A stretch of DNA of 64,000 nt from Macrostomum hystrix (Eukaryota; Animalia; Platyhelminthes). The notes beneath the pieces are model-generated. The model had not been told where the DNA came from and ran no database searches. It worked only from the letters and a program-made list of their open reading frames with translations. Shown here one piece after another: positions 1 through 12,730 of the stretch. The translations under genes and the position numbers were made by a program. Position 1 is the first letter of the stretch, and every line of letters starts with the position of its first letter. The DNA is taken from positions 24,986,001 through 25,050,000 of the forward strand of contig CATNEN010000038.1 in the NCBI GenBank assembly GCA_950097015.1, given 5' to 3'.

Positions 1-2651
1 CTATAACGCTCTCGGATCTCGCTATATTGCTGAAGCCTCAATTGCAATGCAGCGACAGCTGAATAATATTAAACAATCATCAAATAGGGCGCAGCTTGTT
101 TCGCAAAAAGCGGTAAAGAAAATACCGGAGACAGCAGCATACAGCCGAAGCGGACTTTACAAAAGAAACAGCCGCAGCACCAGCAGCACGAACAGCTCCA
201 GTGAGGGCAGCGACAGTGATTTCAAGCGTCAACTCTGTCGTTGGCGCAGGCCTCGGGCCAGTAGCTCCAACACTAGCAATATTAACAGAAGCAATTACGA
301 AAAGCCTGAAGACTTTCTGGATGAAAAATTTGGCATAGAGAAGTCCAACAACGGCGTGCCATCCAAGCGACAAGTCTTCGAACGAAGTCAAGGTCAAGGC
401 TCTCAATCAAAATGGTCACCTGGAGAAGAGGGGAAGCTTGTCGGTGGTCACCGCACTATGTTGAACGAATCAGGGTTTGAAGCGAATCCGAACCACGCTG
501 TGAAGCCGGATCACGTCCATCAGTCTGTTGAGCAGCTGGAGCCTTTCGGCGCTGTGCGCATCCTCGACAGCGGCCTGCCAACAGATCAACTGACGTCTGC
601 TACGGCACTCAGCGATGAGTCCAGCAATGCCGTGGCTTTTACACCAAAACCAACGAGGCCAGAAAATGCGGAGGAAAGTAGCCAGGCGCTAAGCCAAAAA
701 AATATGACAGCTCAGCAGTTGCAGTCATCGGACCGTTTTAAGCTTCAGCAGAGTCCGGGTCAGTTGCAACCGAAGGCGCCGTCCTTAAACAATTCCGGCT
801 TAAGAGAAAACTGCGAACAAGAAAATGAGAAAAGTAATCAACAGAGTGCACCGATCTGCGAAACAGCTTCCAAGCCACCCGGAAAAATCAACTGGGACTC
901 AGATTTGTCTATGAGTTTGCTTCAGAAAGAGCAGGAGGAGCAGGTAACAGTAATGGTTTTCCTGAAACCAAGCCTAGCCGATAAAAATCAACCAAGCGAT
1001 GATAGCAAACCAAAAGCTTCACCAGATGCTTATAACGATATTTCTAAAGAGCTTGACGAGCTCCGGCATGAGATTGGCCTTGACTCGGAGAATACTGCCG
1101 TGGGCTGCCAAAAATTCACTAGTGGTCATCACGGACACGTGAGTTCGCCAAAAAAAATTTGAGGTCTACATTTTTTTGCGCTAGTTAGAAGAAGTCTAGC
1201 TAGAGCCTTGATAAAAACTACTTCCCTGAGACAGAATAACCTTGCAATACCTGCGGCTGTGCTGTCGGCTGCACATCTGGCCCAATCTGGGCAGTTAAAA
1301 TAAACTATTATCGTTACTATTATTATTTAAATCATCACTAGGTTTCTGAAATATAAGACTACAGTTGAATTTAATAGCAACAAACTTAGCAGTTTAGGGT
1401 GCAGTAATGAAGTATAAAGTAACTCACAGTTTTCATTCAGCGAATCAGGTAATTTTTTCAGAAAAAATGTCATAATGCGTCATTTAACTATTCCTTACAG
1501 GAATTGCCTTCTACTCAACCGGTTCCATCAGTATGGACAAATCAACAAGTCCAACAGCATCAGCAGCAAACAGACATGGACAGTTTGCTGCGATGGCTCT
1601 ATTCTGACAACAAGCAGGATCACAACAGATCGAATCAGCTTGGCACTTTGAGGCCGCAATCCGATGCGCAAGCTACAGTGATTGCAGATCAGCAGCAGCA
1701 TCTACTAGACCAATCAGTCAGCTGTCTGTCTGGTTTGAATGAAAGCGGCAGTGATGCAGGCTCTGTGGTGGTTAGCCATTGTGGTGAAGCCCAACCTTCA
1801 GCATTAACCAAGTGAGTTGATTACTTTATATGAAATCGCACATCATTTGGTGACACTAGAACAGTGCCAGCAAGGAGGCAATTCTGCCCATTTCGCTGAC
1901 TCCTGATAACACACAAAGATACTGTACGCAGGCAAGCACTCACACAAGTGTGTACATCTGCCCTGACTTTTTCATCAGCAGGTAGGGTGCACTTACACTG
2001 TGCCTTGGAGGTTGGCCCTCAAGGGCGTAAATTGCACGACAAGCCCCCAAGCCTTCTCCACGCGGCTGCGCCCCAAATTAATATTACCTCATTACGGAAT
2101 CGAGCTCAGGGACATTGGTGTGAAAGACAAACGCGTTACCCTCAAATGCGTGACAAACGCCACTCACCCTCCTAGTTGCTTGAATATTTTGCTGATTTCT
2201 GTAAATTCTATCTGTCGAAAATTCCGGAATCCTGCCCTTCAGATCAGTCACTGACCCAGCACAAGCTATCATAAGCCAGCTAGCTGATACTTTTCACGGA
2301 AAACAGTTGAACCAGCTTCCAGAGATCAGCTGCTATCTAGGAAAGGAGGCGCGCCAAAGTCAGTCAGCAAGATCCAATCGTCTTCAGTCGTCTGTGAACC
2401 TGAGTCAGCAAATAAATCAGCTTCGAGATGTTTCGCCTCAGCCACTAATAATACAGGATCAAATGAATGAAGTCGAGCAAAATGCAACACCGTTCAGCAA
2501 CGGGGCGACTGTGGCGCTGATCTCAAGCATTCCTGACGCGGGCGTAGCTGACGTCAATCGTCGGCCAAAACTGAAATGCTGTCATATTGTTTGCTATCTA
2601 CCGAGAATCATCGTAAATAAGAATGAAGTGTCAGTTGCATTGCATAGATAG
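1..2651 (+). CDS. 3' part of a spliced gene for a low-complexity S/Q/N-rich protein of unknown function; exons <1-1138, 1501-1811, 2243-2651
   Basis: Frame open from the window start. Donors CAC|GTGAGT (1138/9, phase 0) and AA|GTGAGT (1811/2, phase 2) and acceptors CCTTACAG| (1500) and CCCTTCAG| (2242) join ORFs 47, 1504 and 2307 in frame. No recognisable domain; could be an N-terminal extension of the calpain. Confidence 0.6.
1245..1330 (+). mobile_element. 3' fragment of CORE-type SINE (family B)
   Basis: CTGCGGCTGTGCTGTCGGCTGCACATCTGGCCCAAT matches the 3' end of the copy at 29374, followed by a TAT-rich tail. Confidence 0.6.
1842..2150 (-). mobile_element. tRNA-derived SINE family A (intronic)
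   Basis: Reverse complement of the element at 8429-8804. Confidence 0.8.
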
Positions 2652-3242
2652 CTGAGGGCCAGACAAGAATCTAAGGCTCCCTAACAGGATATTGCTTACA
2701 GGATATTATAGTGACATTGCGAATCGCCTGTCAGCAGAGCAGTCAAGATCACTGAATCAGCGCTGCTATGGGTTGAGAGGCATTCCAAAACATTTGCATT
2801 GATTTCAGTTAAACTTTGTTTTTTTGCTTACCAATTCGATTTGTGTTGCATAAGTAAAAAGAAAGAACTAAAATTCCCTAAAGCGGGTGTGTGCATGCGC
2901 GCCTATGGTTTCAGTGATAGTTATCATTGGCTGTCTGTCCAGCACAGCCTTTTGTGTTTGAGTATGCTGAATGTGTTTTACCACAGTAAAATGGAGAAAA
3001 TGAATTGCTTTATTAACATTTGTAAGAGCTTGTATTAAACTATAAAAAGCCATGCACGAGCTAAAGTTATGCCTCCGTGGAAGTGAAATCGTCAAGCGTA
3101 CGCAAGGAAGCGCTGAGAAGTTTTTCTACAAATCGTTATTTGAATTTTGTCATTTGATAAATAAAAATATTTAAAAATTATTGAAGTGCAATGACAATTT
3201 TTCTAATGGTATAAACCTTACGAAATGATATAACAAACAACA

Positions 3243-3563
3243 ATAATAATAATAATAATAATAATAATTGATTACACCTGCCCCAATCGGGCCAGATGTG
3301 CAGCCGACAGCACAGCCGCAGCTATTGCGCGGCGCATCTGAAGGCTGCGTACAGCTGTTCAGTCCATGGACTGGGGGGACGCCACACCCACCTTCAATTA
3401 TCCCAGCTGATGCTGGTACCCATTTAACAGCTGGGTGAACTGAAGCAATGCAGAGTTAAGTGTCTTGCTAAAGGACACAAATTGTTTCAGTGGAGTCGGG
3501 AATCGAACCCCCGACCTTCAAGTCGTGAGTCCGACGCCCTAACCACTAGGCTACAACCTCTGT
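3243..3563 (-). mobile_element. tRNA-derived CORE-type SINE (family B)
   Basis: tRNA head with A box (TAGCCTAGTGG) and B box (GGTTCGATTCC); CORE-like segment GTCCTTTAGCAAGACACTTAACTCTG...CAGTTCACCCAGCTGTTAAATGGG; (TTA)n tail; near-identical to 29374-29672. Confidence 0.85.
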
Positions 3564-3802
3564 CTTAAATTTTAATTTAATATAGCAAAATAAAGTTATA
3601 GGTTTGCTATAAAAGAGTTTCAGATGGATAGAAATTACATCCTACTCAGTTGGGTCAGATGTACAGCCGATCCAGTCCATGGACTGGGGAAGCCCATCTA
3701 AATTTCTACCGCAGCAAATAATGGTACCATTTTACATCACTTGGTAATAACGCTTCCTTATTAAGGGCACAATAGTTTTGCCAGGGATGGGATGCTAAGT
3801 CG

Positions 3803-5249
3803 TGTCGTCCACGGTGAAAGAGAAAAAATTGCCAAGAAAGTCCTTGGTCTCTCTCTGCGTTGAGATTCCTGAGATTTCTGAGACCCGAAATGAGGTCGGG
3901 TGTCCTACTCTTTGCGAGAGATTCTATTGCCGTAACTCGAAAATAACGAAGACAAGACGATTCAAAAGTCCAAGCTAAACAGCTGACAAGTATTATTAAG
4001 TATTAATTAGTTGATAAGAGATGGGCTATGAATGATTAATTCCGTTCATTCAGTTAAATTCAATATAAAAATTCACAATTCGCACTGGAAATTTACTTAA
4101 CAAAATCTCATTAACCTCAACACAAGAACAACAACGCGAACTCTACTCGATAGTGCTCTGCACAATAACAAACAGCTCACAAAAATAACACGATGATTAA
4201 CACGAATAACTCCTGGACAAGAACCAGATAGTTCCTATAACAAAATAAGACAAATAACGATCCCCAATAACACGAAAACCTAACCCAAAGTCCCTAGTCT
4301 GAAACCGAGGCAACCAGCAAGCACTTCCGCACTATGGCACAACGATAGTTCTATCGTGCCACACCAAATGTCAATTCGACGGCGTCGGCCCACCGATGAT
4401 TGTCGGCGATATGTAGAGTATTTCCGTGCTTGCCAATCACTGTCTAACACTCCGTCAGCACTTGGCAAGACGTGCCGAGCTCCGCGCAAGCTACTTACTG
4501 ACGTGGGATTGAGTGTGGGGTTTTCTCCGACTAGCTGGTTGGACCGGTTTACCTGTCCCGGTATCTATTTCTATGCAACGACAGATAGAAGGCGTAACAA
4601 CACGGAAAAGAAAAGGAAGATAAAGGGGCCTTCACAACGGAATAGTCAGTTATATAGTAAAACGCCAGCCCCATCAAAGCCTGGCTGCCGGCCGCGCCGC
4701 TCGTTCCACTGCCAGGTCGACCCTGCCGGTTAACGAACTGGCCGCTGATTGGCCCGGCCCGGGGTGTCGCGCTTAAGTAGGGTTGCATTAGATTGGCTAG
4801 CCATCTTCCTATTGGCTGGGCCCACCAGACCGGGGTTGGTTCGATGCCTTGGTTGTAGAGCAGGGTGACCGGCCGGTCGCGTGCGTAGGCCTGGGCTGGG
4901 TCGCGCATGCACTAACAACTAACCTATATATAACATACATTATAATAATTCATAATATTATAATAATATTGACGTGCGCGAATAATTTACTTCAAGTAGA
5001 CATATACGCATTTTATAATAAACATGCCGACACTACAACGTGCCGGTAGGATGCCTGCAGCGTGAGCACCTCCTGGACTCGGCGCGGATGATGCGGGCCT
5101 GACAGCTGGAGTCGCCGACGATAGAGTGCCGCGATAGTGACTCGCTCGTCGCTGATCTTAAAGGCGCTTAAGCGCCACCCTCTGGCGATCACAGAACGAA
5201 AGGTGGCCCAGGCGAGTCCATGGTGACCCACAGATTTTCTCGGACGTCA
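3803..5249. mobile_element. Probable solo LTR inserted in a degenerate family-B SINE
   Basis: Begins TGTCGTCC and ends GGACGTCA (TG...CA, 7/8 inverted match). Flanks GTCG/GGCG are an imperfect 4-bp TSD. TATA-like CTATATATAA at ~4924. SINE remnants on both sides. Confidence 0.4.
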
Positions 5250-6171
5250 GGCGATAGACCTCTGAGTCAGATAACAGACTGAATAAGCAAAGGATATATT
5301 AAAACACTACATTTTGAAAGTATATTTCAAGAGGCATTCAAACTGAAGATTGCAGAAATGAAGACACATACGAACACATAATGTTTCTATGCGTGAGCTA
5401 TAATTATTACTTACTTTTAGGCTTGTATTTTTTATTATTAGCGTTCAGCTCTTACTCTACATTACGCACCGATTCCGACTAATGATATAGCAAATAATTA
5501 AACAAATAATTAAGACTCTTTAAATGCATTGCAGTCCATTCCAGAAAAAGATATTAAAAGATGAAAGAGAACTTTAGAATGGAAAGCGCTTTCTATTGCC
5601 AGAGTAGCAACTACCAATTGCAGTGTGTGTAAGCGAAAAGTCACACAAACTATAGTTTCAACGACCCTGTGGCAGTTTTGGTTGCTGCTGTAACAAGAAA
5701 AGACTAGCTAGCTACGAGTATAATTCAGATTCATCTCATAATTATAATTCATCTCAGAAAGACCCAAAAAGCAAAGCGGCACATACTGGGAAACGATTCA
5801 AGATTCTTGGGGGCAACACGCCGAGCCGGTTAGTTTCAGAAAACACAATAAGCTCAAGCTTCGAAGCGAATTAGTATAGGAGTACATTCACAATATGCCT
5901 GTATTTAAACCAGTCACATTGTCCAGTCTCAATGCAGGTTTTCAACCACTAGAAACCCTCTATAGAATGGTATGAAAGAAGAATACTATAATGACAATTT
6001 CAGAATAATGAAAGCTACTCCCCACCCCAAGAGCGTGCCAATTCAGCTTTATTATACTGTCTGGCAAATTATTCATTTACTGACATTGTGAAGCTACGTT
6101 AACTCAGCATCGTTCTCTTGCTAGTCCGTTGACACAGCACATTAGCGACTGGAGCTTCGGCCAGTTCGACA

Positions 6172-8775
6172 ATGTACGGCAACGCGTCACCAGTCATAGT
6201 CGACGATCGACGTTCAATCCTAGCTGGTGGCGCCGGCTTCCTGTGCTGCAGCAACGACGAACTCAAGCGGGCCAGCAGAGCTCAGCTGAGAAAGAGTCAC
6301 CAACTGGCGGCCCTGGCCGAGGACCCGGCCGCTTTGCCGTTCTCTGGCGTAGAGACTTTCGCTCAAAAGAAACGCAAGCAGTTGGCCACCGGCCTACTGT
6401 ACGAAGACCCAGATTTTCCCGCCGACGAGTCTAGCCTGTTCCCCAATCCAGACTCTGCTGGGACCAAATCATCAGCTGACTATCAATGGAAGCGACCAAG
6501 AGAGATCAATCTAGCGCCACGATTTATCAGCAAGTCGATGAGCAGATTCGACATCAGACAAGGCGAGCTAAAGGACTGCTGGCTGCTCGCTGCCGTGGCC
6601 TCTCTGTCAATGCATCGTCGCCTGCTGGAGCGAGTCGTACCCTCCGACCAGAGCTTTGACCGCGACTACTGTGGCATGTTCCGCTTTCGATTCTGGCAGT
6701 TCGGCGAATGGCGCGAGGTTGTCATCGACGATCGACTGCCGACTAGGGACGGCCGGCTGTGCTTCATGAGCAGCCAGGAGCACAATGAGTTCTGGAGCGC
6801 CTTGCTGGAGAAGGCATATGCCAAGCTTAACGGCAGCTACCAGGCATTGTGCGGAGGAAATCAGGCCGAGTCGATGGAGGATCTGACCGGCGGGCTCTGC
6901 GAGTCGTTCGATCTGAAACAGCCGCCCGGCGATCTGCAGCCGATTCTGTTTCAGGTGAGAGCTAGCTGTGCTGGAGAACAGCCGCCACCTGCCAACGGAA
7001 TATACGCTCGTAATAAAAACAATAGTAATTAAAGGAGGGCTGCTAGCACAGGCCCATCATTTGGTGACAGTAGACCCGCAGCCAGCGAGAAGGCAATTCT
7101 GCCCCATTTTGCTGACTCCTGAGCGCACACTGACAAAGCTGTGTACACCTGCCCTGACTTTCTCATCGTCCGGCAGTGTACACTTTTCACTGTGCCTTGG
7201 TGGTTGGCCCTCAGGGCATAAATTGCACGACAAGCCCCCAAGCCTTCTTTACGCAGATGCGCCCCAATTTATTGTGGCCTCGCCACGGAATCGAGCTCAG
7301 GGACCTCGGTGCGAGAGGCAGAAGCGTTAACCGCTCTGCCACTTTTCCCCTAACGTACCAGGGGCAAGACCCTTTATTGCCTAGTTCTTCAGTTCAGATA
7401 ATGGCCACCTATTCATGCGGTAATAGGGGGGTGCGGAGGCACTCCCGGTCCACGGACTTTCTTTAGAGAGTAAGCAATCTCACAAAAATTTTCAATTTTG
7501 CTGAATGCAGTACATTGTAAAAGATCATCGTAATTTACTCCCTTACCCCCGACCAAAAACACCTAATTCCCTCCAACAACAGGCGAACCGCAGTCACTCA
7601 TTGATGGGCTGCTGCATCGAGGGCGGCCAGCAGCAGTCGGTGCTGCCAAACAAGCTCATCACTGGGCACGCGTATTCCATCACAGACGTTCGCAATGTCA
7701 CATTACTGGATGGCAGTCACCAGTGCTTGATTCGACTGCGCAATCCGTGGGGTAACGAATACGAATGGGCCGGCGACTGGGGGGATCACAGCGCCGCCTG
7801 GGACCGCGTTGGCCCGGCCGAGAAGCAGCGCCTAGGCGTGGAAGTCGGCGACGACGGCGAGTTCTGGATGGCCTACGCGGATTTCGCGCGCGAGTTCACT
7901 CGCCTGGAGGTGTGTCGCCTCAGTCCGGAGGCGATGTACGACGATACAACAGCCTCAGATCTGAGGAAGCGCAAGCGGCACTGGGAGATGAGTCTGGAGT
8001 CCGGCGCCTGGGTCGCCAACATCAGCGCCGGCGGGTGCCGCAACTACATCGCCAGCTTCCACACAAACCCTCAGTTTCGAGTGGAAATTCCGGCGCCGGA
8101 CGATAATGCGGCTTCGCAAGGCGGTGGCGAGAAGCTTGGAACCATCATTGTGGGACTTATGCAGAAGGTATCGGTAGCATTACTGTTGATTTTTGTTAGA
8201 TTTAGTAACAGAAGTTCATTCTTCATTTAACGAATAAGCTTATTTAAAAATTTTCAAGTCTTACGAAGTTTTTAACAGATGGATACATTGAGGCTTGTAT
8301 CTTACACAGCAGTTTTGCATCGAATGGCAGAGATAAAACGCGGAATACATGTTTATTACTTGGACTGCTGGTCGCTAGAACCTCCAAAATTTCTTCCCCA
8401 GCTATTAGTGGTGCCTTACGCTGTCGAGGGGAGGTCGGTGGCAGAGCGGTTATTGCGTTTGCCTCTCGCACAACGGTCCCGAAGTTCGATTCCACGGCGA
8501 GGCCACATTTATTTGGGGTGCAGCCGCGGAGAGAAGGCTTGAGGGCTTGTGGTGCAATTTACGACCTTGTGGGCCAACGTCCAAGGCACAGGTAAATGTA
8601 CACTGCCTGACAATGAGAAAGTCAGGGCAGATGTACACACCTGTGTGAGCGTATGCCACGTACAGTATCTGTGTCCGTGTGTGCTCAGGAGTCAGCGAAA
8701 TGGGCAGAATTGCCTCCTCGCTGGCTGCGGGTCTAGTGTCACCAAATGATGTGCCACTGCCCGCAGCCCTCCTGC

Positions 8776-8808
<33 letters not shown>

Positions 8809-10105
8809 GCTGTCGAGATAGGCGTAAAAATGAGGAAAATTTGCTTCGACCGCCCAGCGACTCACTCCCTTGGCAGTGTATTCAAACTCTTAACCAGTGG
8901 TCTTACCTCTCGCCAGAGTAGATCATAAAAAATGCAGATTTTTTACATGGAAACATCACGGGTGCTTCTTTTTGTTTGCTATTGTGCTTTTACCAACAGG
9001 GGGTTCGCAGGCAAGCCGGCGGAGGTCACTTCCACTCCATTGGCTACTGCATCTACAGCCTGACTGAGCGCGAGGCAGCCTCCGGCACCCTGGACCAGAT
9101 GTTCTTCAGGACGCATCGCTTTGTGGCCAAATCGGTATTCGCCGATCTGCGCGAAGTCTGCAGCCGCCATCGGCTTCCACCGGGCTATTACGTCATCATA
9201 CCGTCCACATTCGCGCCTAACGAGGAGGCCCAGTTTATATTGCGCATCTTTTCTGAGAAGCCAAATCGAGCAGAGACAATGGACAACTGCAGCTGCGTGA
9301 GCTGCGGACACGACTCCGGCTCAGCCCTTCTGGCAGGACGACAGTCTGTTCTGCAGACAGCGGCTGAGCAGCCAACTGATCAACTATACAAGGCGTTTGT
9401 TAAGTTCGCTGGTGAGTACGATGAGTACGAGAGAACGAGAGGAAGGAGAGAGCGAGAGGAAGGGAAGAGCGAGGGGAAGGGAAGAGCGAGAGGAAGGAGG
9501 GAGCAGTAGGAACAAGCCACTCATAAAGCGGCTGCTTTTGTGACTGGATAACACGAACATGATAAAACCAAGCTAGTATTCTGTAAAAAAATTCCCCAAT
9601 TGATATTCCCATTCCGTCAGGTCCAAGCCAGAAGATTGGTGCCCGCCAGTTGCAGCAGGTTCTGAACGTGACCTACAGCAAGGAGATAAAAACTTTTCCT
9701 GGCTTCAGCTTGGACACCTCGCGCAGTATTCTGGCCTTAGTGGACGTCGACATGTGTGGCAGCATGAACTACGCTGAGTTCAAACAGCTGTGGGGCCAGG
9801 TGCGACTACTGCGCAGGGTTTTCAAAGACTTCGATGCCGAAAATAGCGGCTTCTTTGACGCATTCAAGCTCAGGGAGGCGCTGAAACAGGGCGGACTGAG
9901 TGTCAGCAACAAGGTGTACCACGCTGTAGCTGTCCGATTCACCGACCGCGACAAGGGCCTAGTTGGCTTTGAAGATTTTGTGCTGCTCTGCACCAGACTG
10001 CGCATTGCATTCGAGTCGTTCAACGCGATGCCGAAATGCGACGAGGAGGGCTCGGTTGGAATGGTGAATCACGACAACTACCTGGAGCAAGCAATTTACA
10101 GCTGA
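6172..10105 (+). CDS. Classical calpain (CysPc protease core, C2-like domain III, penta-EF-hand domain IV); exons 6172-6954, 7583-8167, 9000-9411, 9621-10105
   Basis: Motifs LYEDPDFPA, DIRQGELKDCWLLAA (Cys), FWSALLEKAYAKL, GHAYS (His), LRNPWG (Asn), SAGGCRNY, YVIIPSTF and EF-hands. GT-AG sites keep frame (phases 0,0,1). Start codon uncertain; there is a possible acceptor at 6137. Confidence 0.92.
7032..7350 (-). mobile_element. SINE family A in calpain intron
   Basis: Reverse complement of the 8429 copy, including the tRNA head. Confidence 0.85.
8429..8804 (+). mobile_element. Full-length tRNA-derived SINE family A with 13-bp TSD
   Basis: A box GTGGCAGAGCGG, B box GTTCGATTCC, (TTA)n tail, TSD TTACGCTGTCGAG at 8416-8428 and 8805-8817. 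Confidence 0.93.
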
Positions 10106-10249
10106 GACTATTTTGTGCGCAGTAGAGCAAAGTCAGTACACAACGAACTCATTAACCGCACGTATAAAATACAATCTCGCTATACTTTATGGATTAAAGA
10201 TTTTAATCCGCGACACATTGCTTGTCCATACAGTTCAGTTCAAGCATAT

Positions 10250-10901
10250 GACGCTGAGCGGTCTTACGCGTTTGGCTCTCGTATTGGCTCTCGTATTGGC
10301 TCTCGTATTGGCTCTCGTATTGGCTCTCGTATTGGCTCTCGTATTGGCTCTCGTATTGGCTCTCGTATTGGCTCTCGTATTGGCTCTCGTATTGGCTCTC
10401 GTATTGGCTCTCGTATTGGCTCTCGTATTGGCTCTCGTATTGGCTCTCGTATTGGCTCTCGTATTGGCTCTCGTATTGGCTCTCGTATTGGCTCTCGTAT
10501 TGGCTCTCGTATTGGCTCTCGTATTGGCTCTCGTATTGGCTCTCGTATTCGCTCTCGTATTGGCTCTCATATTGGCTCTCGTATTGGCTCTCGTATTGGC
10601 TCTCATATTGGCTCTCGTATTGGCTCTCGTATTGGCTCTCGTATTGGCTCTCGTATTCGCTCTCGTATTGGCTCTCGTATTCGCTCTCGTATTGGCTCTC
10701 GTATTCGGTCACCTTAGTTTTGGGCGCAGCCGTGTAGAGAAGGCTTGGGAGGATAGCGTTGCATTGCAATTTTTTCGCTCTTGAAGACCAACCTCCATGG
10801 CACAGTGAGAGTGTGCACTGCCTGACGATAAAAAAGTCAGGGCAGATAAACACACCTGTGTGAGCGTGTGCCTGCATACTGTTCGGCTTGCTATTATTAT
10901 T
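10250..10901 (+). mobile_element. SINE family A whose tRNA head is expanded into a 12-bp minisatellite
   Basis: GCTGAGCGGTCTTACGCG head, then the array, then the family-A body and TATTATT tail. Confidence 0.8.
10272..10706 (+). repeat. 12-bp minisatellite (TTGGCTCTCGTA)n, about 36 units
   Basis: Directly visible; variants TTCGCTCTCGTA and TTGGCTCTCATA. Confidence 0.98.
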
Positions 10902-11586
10902 ACCCAGTTCAAAATTCAGCATTAGAATGAGGAATAAATCAATCTATATATATAAAAGTGAAAACTCTGTCTGTCTGTCTGTCTGTCTGTGTGCAACCTT
11001 TTGTCTTTATAGACGCCGAAACCGCTCAACCAAATCGCACCAAACTTTGCACATACCTAAAACCACCTACGCTGAGTGCAATAGGCTACTCAAATTCCCG
11101 AAAAATCATTTCCTTCCTGCTCAAAAGTGCAAAAAACTGCTCAAAATCGTCAAAAAAATCACTCAATTCGACATATCGTCGCCCCACTTTGTCAGATTTT
11201 CTCCAAATTTGATCCACTTACACTTTACATGTTTTCCAACAATGCTGTCAATTTTGAACATCTCTACTCAATCCAGAGCAAAGCTGCATCATCTCAAAGT
11301 GAGTCACTTTTTGTTTTCCGAGGACAGCCACCCCAACTCCCCTCCGCCACTCTGCGGGCCAAATTTTATTACAGCCACCCCCTCCCTTCCCCGGGCGCCG
11401 AAGCCCCAGACTGTACATTGTATTTCAAGCCGTGAATGTACACAGCCCAAACCCCTAGACTGTCTACTGGCCCCCAAGCAGCACTGAGACTGAGTGCGGT
11501 GAGTGCGGTGGCGTCCCAGTGCGCAGGGCTCTCCGGTCGATATTTCTCTCCAGCCAGCCTGGGATAGAAGAAAGAGAGAGGCTGGC

Positions 11587-12204
11587 GTTGACTGGCTGTC
11601 AGAGAGGGCAATTCTGTGTCCTAGAAATGATGCCGCCAACGAAATTAACTACCAACTGCTTCAGGAGTTGCCAGGTGCAGTTTTCACCTACAAGTCAATT
11701 GATACAACGTTGACTGATGACACCGCTGTGGAGTATCCTGTTGAGTTTCTGAACTCTCTAGATCCTCCTGGAACTCCATCGCACAACTTGCAGCTGAAAG
11801 TTGGGGCACCAATTATGCTCCTCCGCAACCTGAATGCGCCAAGGCTGTGTAACGGCACCAGACTGATAGTCAGGCGGCTCTTCCCACACGTGATTGAGGC
11901 CACGATAATGACTGGATCTGGCAGAGGAGAGTCTTTGTTCGTTCCCCGGATTCCAATTATCCCCACGGACCTGCCATTTCAGTTCAAGCGACTGCAGTTC
12001 CCTGTGAGAGTGTGCTTTGCGATGACTATTAACAAGGCTCAGGGACAGTCGCTGAAGGTGGCTGGCATCAACCTGGAGACTCCTTGCTTCTCGCATGGGC
12101 AGCTTTATGTCGCCTGCTCCCGTGTTGGAACTCCAGCTGGCCTATTCATTTTCGCACCAAGGGGAAGAACGAAGAATGTGGTGTATCCCCAGGCCTTGAG
12201 GTGA
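11587..12204 (+). pseudogene. C-terminal fragment of Helitron PIF1-like helicase
   Basis: ERAILCPRN, LKVGAPIMLLRNL, LCNGTRL, RLQFPVRVCFAMTINKAQGQSL, FSHGQLYVACSRV. Confidence 0.9.
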
Positions 12205-12356
12205 CTCGCAAGCAATTAATAGAAAAGTAGTCACGAATTGACCTTGACCTGTCTAACTCTGAACTCTGAAACAGTTTAATTTTGTTTCTTTGACATTGTT
12301 ATTGTTATGCCATGGCTATTTTCTTTATGTATACGCGTGTACATGCATACTGTATA

Positions 12357-12730
12357 CAGAGGCAGATTTAGGGGGGGGGGCGGGGGGGCAGTCGCCCCCC
12401 TAAATTTTAATCATGGGAATAAGATGCCCCCACCAGAAATTTTCGGTCGCTGGCGCCCCTTTTCGGTCGCTGGCGCCCCTTTTTCAGCCGCTGGCTCCCG
12501 TTTTTCAGCCGCTGGCGCCCTTTCTTGGCTCCTGGCGCCCTTTTTCGGCCGCTGGCGCCCCTTTTTCAGCCGCTGGCTCCCCTTTTTCAGCCGCTGGCTC
12601 CCGTTTTTCAGCCGCTGGCGCCCTTTCTTGGCTCCTGGCGCCCTTTTTCGGCCGCTGGCACCCCCTCTGTGATTCTCATGGCGCTCCCCTGACAGACCGC
12701 CCCAAAACAAAATTCCTGGATCTGCCACTG
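12357..12730. mobile_element. hAT-type MITE nested in the Helitron, with internal GC-rich ~20-bp tandem repeats
   Basis: Imperfect TIRs CAGAGGCAGATTTAGG / CCTGGATCTGCCACTG; 8-bp TSD ACTGTATA (12349-12356, 12731-12738). Confidence 0.88.

Noticed and set aside
10113-10922. Long repetitive ORFs (LALV)n, (RIGS)n, (YESQ)n, (RANT)n; also 23146-24384
   Set aside because: By-products of a stop-free 12-bp minisatellite inside a SINE
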